DNA of 64,000 nucleotides from Microbacterium sp. (GTDB lineage Bacteria; Actinomycetota; Actinomycetes; Actinomycetales; Microbacteriaceae): NCBI GenBank assembly GCA_031555515.1, contig JAVBUG010000158.1, positions 1,591 to 65,590 of the forward strand, read 5' to 3'. Shown piece by piece: positions 56,868 to 64,000 of this stretch (position 1 is its first letter; each line of letters starts with the position of its first letter). The notes under the pieces were generated by a model. It saw only the letters and a program-made list of their open reading frames with translations, ran no database searches and was not told where the DNA came from. The position numbers and the translations under genes were made by a program.

Positions 56868-58058
56868 TCAGCCGCGGGCGCCGAGCAGGTGCTCGGTCGC
56901 GAGCTGCTGCAGGCGGACGAAGCCGAAGCCCTTGCCGCCCAGGTACGCCGAGGCGTCGAAGTCCTCGTAGGCCGAGCGGTCCGCGAGGAAGTCGTCGTAC
57001 GACTCGCCCGGGTTGAGGGTCGGGACCGAGAGCTCGTCGACCTTCGCGGCAGCGAGCGCCTCCTGCACCTCGGGGTCGGCGCGGAAGGCCGCCGCGCGCT
57101 CCTTGAGCAGCAGGTAGGTGCGCATGTTCGCGGCGGCCGAGTCCCAGACGCCTGTCTCATCCTCGGTGCGCGAGGGCTTGTAGTCGAAGTGGCGCGGGCC
57201 GTCGTAGGCCGGAACCCCGCCGGGGCCGCCGTTCTCGAGCAGGTCGACGAGCGCGAACGCGTTGTGCAGGTCGCCGTGGCCGAAGACGAGGTCCTGGTCG
57301 TACTTGATGCCGCGCTGGCCGTTGAGGTCGATGTGGAAGAGCTTGCCGTGGAACAGCGCCTGCGCGATGCCGGCGGCGAAGTTGAGGCCCGCCATCTGCT
57401 CGTGGCCGACCTCGGGGTTGAGGCCGACGAGCTCGGGGCGCTCGAGCGAGTCGATGAACGCGATCGCGTGACCGAGGGTCGGCAGCAGGATGTCGCCGCG
57501 GGGCTCGTTGGGCTTGGGCTCGATGGCGAAGCGGATGTCGTAGCCCTTGTCGGTGACGTATTCGCCGAGGAGGTTCACGGCCTCGCGGTAACGCTCGAGC
57601 GCGGCCCGGATGTCCTTGGCCGAGTCGTACTCGGCACCCTCGCGGCCGCCCCACATGACGAAGGTCTTCGCGCCGAGCTCGGCACCGAGGTCGAGCTGGC
57701 GGAACACCTTGCGCAGCGCGAAGCGGCGCACGTCGCGGTCGTTCGACGTGAAGCCGCCGTCCTTGAAGACGGGGGCCGAGAACAGGTTGGTGGTGACCAT
57801 CGGCACGATGAGGCCGGTGTCGGCGAGCGCACACTTGAGGCGGTCGATCTGCGTCTGGCGCTCAGCATCCGTCGATCCGAAGGCGAACAGGTCGTCGTCG
57901 TGGAAGGTGAGTCCGTACGCGCCGAGCTCGGCGAGCTTCTCGACGGCGTGGACGACGTCGAGGTGGTTGCGGGTCGGTCCGCCGAAGGGGTCGGTGCCGT
58001 TGTAGCCGATGGTCCAGAGACCGAACGAGAACTTGTCGGCACGGGTGGGGGTGGGCAT
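56868..58058 (-). CDS. xylA: Xylose isomerase
   Basis: [41 protein letters not shown]. Confidence 0.97.
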   Translation of the reverse strand: MPTPTRADKFSFGLWTIGYNGTDPFGGPTRNHLDVVHAVEKLAELGAYGLTFHDDDLFAFGSTDAERQTQIDRLKCALADTGLIVPMVTTNLFSAPVFKDGGFTSNDRDVRRFALRKVFRQLDLGAELGAKTFVMWGGREGAEYDSAKDIRAALERYREAVNLLGEYVTDKGYDIRFAIEPKPNEPRGDILLPTLGHAIAFIDSLERPELVGLNPEVGHEQMAGLNFAAGIAQALFHGKLFHIDLNGQRGIKYDQDLVFGHGDLHNAFALVDLLENGGPGGVPAYDGPRHFDYKPSRTEDETGVWDSAAANMRTYLLLKERAAAFRADPEVQEALAAAKVDELSVPTLNPGESYDDFLADRSAYEDFDASAYLGGKGFGFVRLQQLATEHLLGARG

Positions 58059-58156
58059 GACGCTCCTTTGCGATAAATGTTGCTGTCGACAACCTATATC
58101 AGAAGCGGATGCTGCGCCAGTGCGATTCCCGATAGTTTCGGCGTTAGCATCGACGC

Positions 58157-59164
58157 ATGACGGAGGGGCCACGCATCACGCTCGCGACCATCGCCGCCGA
58201 GGCGGGCGTCTCGCTCGCCACCGTGTCGAAGGTGCTCAACGGGCGCACCGACGTCGCCCCCGGCACGCGCGCACGGCTCGAGACGGAGCTCGCCCGCCAC
58301 GGGTACACCCGCCGCGCGGGCAAGCAGCGCAGCGAGTTCGTCGAGCTCGTCTTCCACGAGCTCGAGCCCAGCTGGTCGATGGAGGTCATCGAGGGCGTCG
58401 AGGACGTCGCCCACGACGCCGGGCTGTCGGTCGTGCTCACCGTGAGCGGCGACCGCCACACACCCGGCGCCGACTGGATCGACGGCGTGCTGCGCCGCCG
58501 CCCGATGGGCGTGATCCTCGTGTTCTCCGACATCGCGGAGCGATTCCGCGAGAAGCTGCGCGCGCAGGGCATCCCGTTCGTCATCGTCGACCCGGCCGGC
58601 GACCCCTCCCCCGACGTGCCGTCGGTCGGCTCGGCCAACTGGTCGGGCGGACTCATGGCCACCCGCCACCTGATCGAGCTGGGCCATCGGCGCATCGCGG
58701 CCATCACCGGCCCCGAGGACATGATGTGCTCGCTCGCGCGCGTCGACGGCTACCGCTCGGCGATGAACGCGGCGGGCCTGCCGATCGACGCGAACCTGAT
58801 CCGCTTCGGCGACTTCCATCCCGGCGGGGGCGAGGCCGCGGGGCGTGAGCTGCTCGCCCTCGACGACCCGCCCACCGCGATCTTCGCCGGCAGCGACCTG
58901 CAGGCGCTCGGCGTGATCGCGGCCGGGTCCGCGGCCGGCCTGCGCGTGCCCGACGACCTCTCGGTGGTCGGCTACGACGACATCGCCCTCTCCCGGTGGA
59001 TGAGCCCGCAGCTGACGACCGTCCACCAGCCGCTTCGCCGCATGGGCGAGGAGGCGACGCGCCTGGCGCTGCGCCTCGCCGAGGGCGCGACCCCCGAGAC
59101 CCTGCGCATGGACCTCGCGACGCACCTCGTGGTGCGCGGCAGCACCGCGCCGCTCTCCGCCTGA
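58157..59164 (+). CDS. LacI family regulator
   Basis: [41 protein letters not shown]. Confidence 0.93.
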   Translation: MTEGPRITLATIAAEAGVSLATVSKVLNGRTDVAPGTRARLETELARHGYTRRAGKQRSEFVELVFHELEPSWSMEVIEGVEDVAHDAGLSVVLTVSGDRHTPGADWIDGVLRRRPMGVILVFSDIAERFREKLRAQGIPFVIVDPAGDPSPDVPSVGSANWSGGLMATRHLIELGHRRIAAITGPEDMMCSLARVDGYRSAMNAAGLPIDANLIRFGDFHPGGGEAAGRELLALDDPPTAIFAGSDLQALGVIAAGSAAGLRVPDDLSVVGYDDIALSRWMSPQLTTVHQPLRRMGEEATRLALRLAEGATPETLRMDLATHLVVRGSTAPLSA

Positions 59165-59320
59165 ACGCGGGTCCGATCCCCAGCGCGCACGCCGCTCACC
59201 TGTCACAACGTGTCGCGGGCGCCGACACTTCGTGACAGGCGAACAAAGAGGATTCCGGATGCTGCGGCCCAGCGCCGCGCCGCGCACCGGGGCCTGGGCG
59301 GCGACATCTCGATTTCGCCA

Positions 59321-59514
59321 TTGAACCTCCGGTTCACACAGCCCCGTTGAACTTCCGGTTCACACAGCCCGTGGAGCCTCCCGTTCGCGTGGGCGCGTCG
59401 TCCGGTTGCGCGCGGTTGGTCGCCATGCCTTCGGCGGGCGTGACACGAGCGCGACCCCGATTGACAACGCGTCTCCGCCGGGGGCCCAGGAGCGCTGTGT
59501 GAACCGGAAGTTCA
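59321..59514. repeat. Tandem plus inverted repeat of TGAAC(T/C)TCCGGTTCACACAGC
   Basis: Direct copies at 59321-59344 and 59347-59370; perfect 21-bp inverted copy at 59494-59514. Confidence 0.85.
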
Positions 59515-59683
59515 GCAGCCTGTGACACGGACTTAACACGGCGCGGGTAGAACTGGAGGTGGCATAGCCGGGCACGAAGACGAGGCCGGAGAGCACATAG
59601 TGGCACCTCACTCGCACGTCAAGCCCCCTGCGCCGAAATCCCGTTGGGATCAGGATCGTTCCACGACGACAGGAGGCTCCGCG

Positions 59684-59992
59684 ATGGTGCTCGAAATGCC
59701 TACCTCGCCCGCTCGCAGCGGACTTCGCGCACGCGTCATGCCGTCGCTGAAGGAGCTCCCGCCCCGGCGGCCTGAGCCCCCGGCTCCGGAGGACTCCGCG
59801 GTGCGCTGGGAGCGCATCGACCTCGACGGGTACGAAGTGCGCTCGAACGACTGCACTGTCGGATTCGTCGACGTCGTGGGCGCTGTGTTCGTCGTGCTGT
59901 CCGGTACCCGCTACGACCGTGCCGTCGAGGTGCTGCAGACCCTCGACTTCGCGACGGCCGTCCGCTCGATCTGCCCGCCCGACCAGGCCTGA
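59684..59992 (+). CDS. Hypothetical protein
   Basis: Strong RBS AGGAGG; C-terminal VGFVDVVGAVFVVLSG..YDRAVEV. Confidence 0.6.
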   Translation: MVLEMPTSPARSGLRARVMPSLKELPPRRPEPPAPEDSAVRWERIDLDGYEVRSNDCTVGFVDVVGAVFVVLSGTRYDRAVEVLQTLDFATAVRSICPPDQA

Positions 59993-60038
59993 CGGCGCGG
60001 CCGGGCGCTCCGGCGGGGAGCCGCCCGGCAGCGGAGCA

Positions 60039-62414
60039 TCACTCGCCTAGCGTCACCGACACCGTCGCGTGGCGCCGCCGCGTGTGATCGACGTACCGGG
60101 GCTCGCCCACGACGGCGACCGTGCGCGTCGCGACGATCTCGCCGCTGGACCGGCCGAACCCGAACACGAGATCGCCGGACTCGATGACGCGCCGCCCGTC
60201 GCGGCCGGTGAAGGCGGCGAGGTCGGCGGGCACGTCGAACGACACCCGTGCTCTTTCGCCCGCGGCGAGGGGCACGCGGGCGTAGGCGATGAGCCGGCGC
60301 ACCGGTCGCACGACGGAAGCGACCGGGTCGTGGAGGTACAGCTGCACGACCTCGACGCCGCCACGGTCGCCGGCGTTGCCGACGTGGATCGACACCGTGA
60401 CCGAGCCGGTCGTCGACATCTCGGAGGCCGAGGCCGCAGCATCCACCCACACCGACGGCGCGTACCCGAGACCGTGGCCGAACGGGTACGCGGGGGTGGG
60501 ATCGATGTTCGAGACGTCGCTGCGGCGCGCGAGTCTCGCTGCGAGATAGGTCGAGGGCTGCGCCCCCGGATCGCGAGGGATGCTGACGGGGAGGCGCCCG
60601 CTCGGATTCACCCGGCCGCTCAGCACACCGGCGATCGCTCCGGTGCCCTCCTCGCCGGCGAAGAAGCTCTGCACGATCGCCGCGGCCCGCTCGGGCGCGG
60701 TGCCGAGCGCATACGGACGACCCGCGAGGAGCGTCACGACAGTCGGCGTCCCCGTGTCGAGCACCGCGTCGAGCAGAGCCTGCTGCGCGCCGGGCAGGGT
60801 GAGGTCCGCCGCGTCGCACCCCTCGCCGCTCGTGCCGCGGCCGAACAGGCCCGCGCGATCGCCGAGCGCGAGCACGACGACGTCGGCTCCGGCCGCAGCG
60901 GCGAGCGCCTCGGCGAACCCGCCCGTCTCGCCCCCGTCGATCGTCGTCCCCGCCGCGTGCACGATCTCCGCGCCGGCGAACTCCGCGGCGAGCGCCTCGC
61001 GCAGCGTGGGCAGCGCGATACCGAGGGGGAGTTCGGGATGCCGCACCCCGACGTGCGACGGGAACGAATAGCACCCGAGCACGGCGTAGGGGTCGTCGGC
61101 GGCCGGCCCGATCACCGCGATGCGGCGCGGCTCCGCGAGTGGCAGCACCCCGTCGTTGCGCAGCAGCACGATCGCCTCCTCGGCGATGCGGCGGGCGAGC
61201 TCGCGGCCCTCGGGCGGGTCGAGGTCGACGGTGCCGCGCACCGCCTCGAGCGACGCGTCGTCGATTCCTGCGAGCACCGGAGGCACCGGCGACCAGTCGA
61301 CGTCGAGCAGGCCGAGCTCGGCCTTCTGCCGCAGCACGCGCCGCAGGGCGCGGTCCACGATCGCGCCGTCCACCTCGCCCGCCTCGACGGCGCGCACGAG
61401 GTCGGCGCCGAACGTCTTCACCGTGGGCAGCTCGACGTCGATGCCGGCGGAGAGGGCTCGGGCGGCAGCATCCGTCCATCCGTCGGCCACGCCGTGCAGG
61501 TCCTTGAGGAAGGCGATCGAGAAGTAGTCCGCGACCACCGTGCCCTCGAAGCCCCACTCGTCGCGGAGGAGGTCCGTGAGCAGAGAGGCGTCGGCCGCCG
61601 TCGGCACGCCGTCGAGGTCGGTGTAGGAGTTCATGACCGAGCGCACGCCGCTCTCGCGGATCGCCATCTCGAACGGCGGGAGCAGCACGTCGGCGAGCTC
61701 GCGCGGGCCGACCGAGACGGGCGCGAGGTTGCGTCCGCCCTTCGACGCCGAGTAGCCGACGAAGTGCTTGAGCGTCGCGACGACCCCCGCGCTCTCGACG
61801 CCCTGGATGTAGGCGGTCGCGACGGTGCCGACGAGGTACGGATCCTCGCCGATGGTCTCTTCGACGCGGCCCCAGCGCGCGTCGCGCACGACGTCGAGCA
61901 CGGGCGCGAGCCCCTGGTGCACGCCTACCGAGCGCAGGTCGGCGCCGATCCGCGCGCCCATCTCGCGCACGATGTCGGGGTCGAACGTCGCACCCCAGCT
62001 GAGCGGGACCGGGTACGCGGTGGCACCCCACGTCGCGAACCCGGCGAGACATTCCTCGTGCGCGAGCGCCGGGATGCCGAACCGGTTGGCGGCGACGATG
62101 CGCTGCTGGGCGCGCTGGAGCGCGAGCGCGCCGGTCGCCGGGTCGACCGGAGCCGTGCCGAACGGGCGCGTGAGCTGGCCGAGCCCTGCCGGGAGGAGCG
62201 CGTCGAGGTCGATGTCGTCCGACATGTCGTGCTGGTGCGGGGCGACGTCTTCTCCGTCGGTGGATGCCCCGACCCACACGCCGTAGAGCTGCGCGACCTT
62301 CTCGGCCACCGTCATCTCGGCGATGAGTGCCTCGACGCGCGCGGCGATCGGCAGGGCCGGGTCGTTCCAGATGCTCAGGGTCGCGGCATCCGTCATCTGA
62401 TTCTCCATCGTCAT
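60039..62414 (-). CDS. GH3 beta-xylosidase/beta-glucosidase
   Basis: HEECLAG, RWGRVEETIGEDP, TLKHF, VVADY, FGHGLGY, FN3-like C-terminus. Confidence 0.92.
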   Translation of the reverse strand: MTMENQMTDAATLSIWNDPALPIAARVEALIAEMTVAEKVAQLYGVWVGASTDGEDVAPHQHDMSDDIDLDALLPAGLGQLTRPFGTAPVDPATGALALQRAQQRIVAANRFGIPALAHEECLAGFATWGATAYPVPLSWGATFDPDIVREMGARIGADLRSVGVHQGLAPVLDVVRDARWGRVEETIGEDPYLVGTVATAYIQGVESAGVVATLKHFVGYSASKGGRNLAPVSVGPRELADVLLPPFEMAIRESGVRSVMNSYTDLDGVPTAADASLLTDLLRDEWGFEGTVVADYFSIAFLKDLHGVADGWTDAAARALSAGIDVELPTVKTFGADLVRAVEAGEVDGAIVDRALRRVLRQKAELGLLDVDWSPVPPVLAGIDDASLEAVRGTVDLDPPEGRELARRIAEEAIVLLRNDGVLPLAEPRRIAVIGPAADDPYAVLGCYSFPSHVGVRHPELPLGIALPTLREALAAEFAGAEIVHAAGTTIDGGETGGFAEALAAAAGADVVVLALGDRAGLFGRGTSGEGCDAADLTLPGAQQALLDAVLDTGTPTVVTLLAGRPYALGTAPERAAAIVQSFFAGEEGTGAIAGVLSGRVNPSGRLPVSIPRDPGAQPSTYLAARLARRSDVSNIDPTPAYPFGHGLGYAPSVWVDAAASASEMSTTGSVTVSIHVGNAGDRGGVEVVQLYLHDPVASVVRPVRRLIAYARVPLAAGERARVSFDVPADLAAFTGRDGRRVIESGDLVFGFGRSSGEIVATRTVAVVGEPRYVDHTRRRHATVSVTLGE

Positions 62415-63301
62415 CCCTTCACCGCCCCGGTGAGCCCGCCGACGATGCGCTTCTCGGCGAGGAGGAAGAACACGAGAGCGGGGATCATCGCGAGCGACGT
62501 GTAGGCCAGCACGGCGCCGGTGTCTTGCGAGTACTGCGTCGAGAACTGGGTCACGCCGAGCGGCAGCGGCCACAGCTCCTGCGGCAGCGTGCCGGTCGAG
62601 ATCACGAGGAGCGGCAGGAGGTAGCCGTTCCAGCTCGCGACGAAGGCGAGGATGCCGACCGTGATCAGGCCGGGCTTGGCCAGTGGCAGGAGGATCCGCC
62701 AGAAGAACCCGAGGCGGCTGGCGCCGTCGATCATGGCGGCCTCTTCGAGCTCGTCGGGGATCGCACGCAGGAACGGCACCAGGATGATGATCGTCGTCGG
62801 CAGCGCGAACGCGATGCCGGGGATGATCACGCCGAGGTACGTGCCGTGCAGGCCCAGCGTGCGCAGCAGGAGCGTGAGCGGCAGCGCGGCGACCGTCAGC
62901 GGGAACATCAGGCCCGCTGCGAACAGAGTGTAGAGCCCTTCGCGCCCCTTGAAGTCGTAGCGGGCGAGCACGAACGCGGCCATGATGCCGGCGATCACGA
63001 CACCCGCCGTCGTGGCGACGGCGAGCACCGTGCTCGCGAACAGGTTGCCCCAGAACCGCGGCGAGCCGAGCACGGCGACCCAGTTCTGCAGCGTGAACGG
63101 GTCGGGAAGGCCCGCGGGATTCGCGTTCAGGTCGGCGGTGGTGCGGAACCCGCCGAGGAAGACGTAGAGGACGGGTCCGACGGCGACCGCGGCGACGACG
63201 AGCGCGACGAGGTAGACGAACGGCTGGCCCCAGTCGAACCGGCGGCCGGCCGGCTCGGCGGCACGGGGTGACCCCGTGACGATCGTGGTGGTGGCCGACA
63301 T
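62411..63301 (-). CDS. Carbohydrate ABC transporter permease
   Basis: IPDELEEAAMIDGAS EAA loop; SWNGYLLPL. Confidence 0.92.
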   Translation of the reverse strand: MSATTTIVTGSPRAAEPAGRRFDWGQPFVYLVALVVAAVAVGPVLYVFLGGFRTTADLNANPAGLPDPFTLQNWVAVLGSPRFWGNLFASTVLAVATTAGVVIAGIMAAFVLARYDFKGREGLYTLFAAGLMFPLTVAALPLTLLLRTLGLHGTYLGVIIPGIAFALPTTIIILVPFLRAIPDELEEAAMIDGASRLGFFWRILLPLAKPGLITVGILAFVASWNGYLLPLLVISTGTLPQELWPLPLGVTQFSTQYSQDTGAVLAYTSLAMIPALVFFLLAEKRIVGGLTGAVKG

Positions 63302-63302
63302 G

Positions 63303-64000
63303 TCAGCGGGCTCCGTTCGTGAGGGCGCCCGTGAGGTCGCGCCGCAGCGCGAAGCGCTGGTAGATGAGGGCGATGACGAGCGAGATGACGAAGAGGATCA
63401 CGGCGATGGCGCTGCCGTAGCCGGGCTGGCCGGCGAACTGGCCCTGCTGCACCATGTAGGTCGCCATCGTCTCGGTCGCGATGCGGCGAACGGCGGGGGC
63501 GACCGTCACCCACACCATGTCGAAGACCTGCAGCGATCCGATGATCGATAGGAACGCCCAGATGCGGATCGTGGGTCCGAGGAGCGGGATCGTGATGTGG
63601 CGCTGGATCTGCCACCAGCTCGCGCCGTCGATCTGCGCCGCCTCGGCGAGCTCCTCGGGGATGCCCTGCAGGCCCGCGAGGAACAGCAGGATCGCGAAGC
63701 CGATGTACTTCCACGTCAGCACGAAGAAGATCGTCCAGAGCGCGATCGCGGGGTCGGCCAGCCAGTTCTGGGTGAAGGCGCCCAGGCCGACCGCCTCGAG
63801 CGTCGCGTTGACCGCGCCGTTCGGCTGCAGGATCAGCTTGAACGCGAGGCCGGCGATCACCTCGGCGAGCACGTACGGCACGAAGATGAGCAGGCGCAGC
63901 GCGCCGCGCCCGCGCAGCGGGCGGTTGAGCAGCAGCGCCACCGCGATCGCGATCGGGCCCTGTACGACGAGCGACATCACGAGGATGAAGAAGGTGTTGC
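63303..64000 (-). CDS. Carbohydrate ABC transporter permease (5' end outside window)
   Basis: LAGLQGIPEELAEAAQIDGAS, GYGSAIA. Confidence 0.9.
   Translation of the reverse strand, partial: NTFFILVMSLVVQGPIAIAVALLLNRPLRGRGALRLLIFVPYVLAEVIAGLAFKLILQPNGAVNATLEAVGLGAFTQNWLADPAIALWTIFFVLTWKYIGFAILLFLAGLQGIPEELAEAAQIDGASWWQIQRHITIPLLGPTIRIWAFLSIIGSLQVFDMVWVTVAPAVRRIATETMATYMVQQGQFAGQPGYGSAIAVILFVISLVIALIYQRFALRRDLTGALTNGAR

Noticed and set aside
59321-59370. LexA (SOS) boxes or a mini-CRISPR
   Set aside because: Spacing is GAAC-N5-GTTC rather than N4; the copies are adjacent with no spacer
2398-61473. GGATGCTGC as a Chi or KOPS site
   Set aside because: Occurs on both strands (18 versus 12) without the strong polarity expected within one replichore

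Overview
High-GC (roughly 70%) actinobacterial chromosome segment. Gene content, repeat families and many leaderless starts suggest Microbacterium/Microbacteriaceae. About 55 genes: an Lrp + DUF6421/SDR/threonine-aldolase cluster, a DivIVA-like protein, an M3 peptidase with an in-frame TAA, a secreted PL11 rhamnogalacturonan lyase, an ABC-F, lhr-nei, a polyamine uptake/catabolism cluster with PucR, a FitA/VapC pair, a small alarmone synthetase, xylAB and a GH3/ABC sugar operon. I saw no rRNA, tRNA, CRISPR array or intact transposase. Best candidate for an undescribed system (38050-43661, minus strand): ECF sigma, putative soluble anti-sigma, cytoplasmic S8 protease with five tandem PYGTRTN repeats, and a TPR-CHAT caspase-like protease. 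The module is bracketed by two identical GTGTATCA-N15-GCTC promoter-like elements; the second points into a ~150-nt structured non-coding segment (candidate sigma-dependent sRNA). Second major signal: the 9-mer GGATGCTGC/GCAGCATCC occurs at least 30 times on both strands, inside genes and in inverted pairs. All assignments come from reading motifs by eye; no searches were run.
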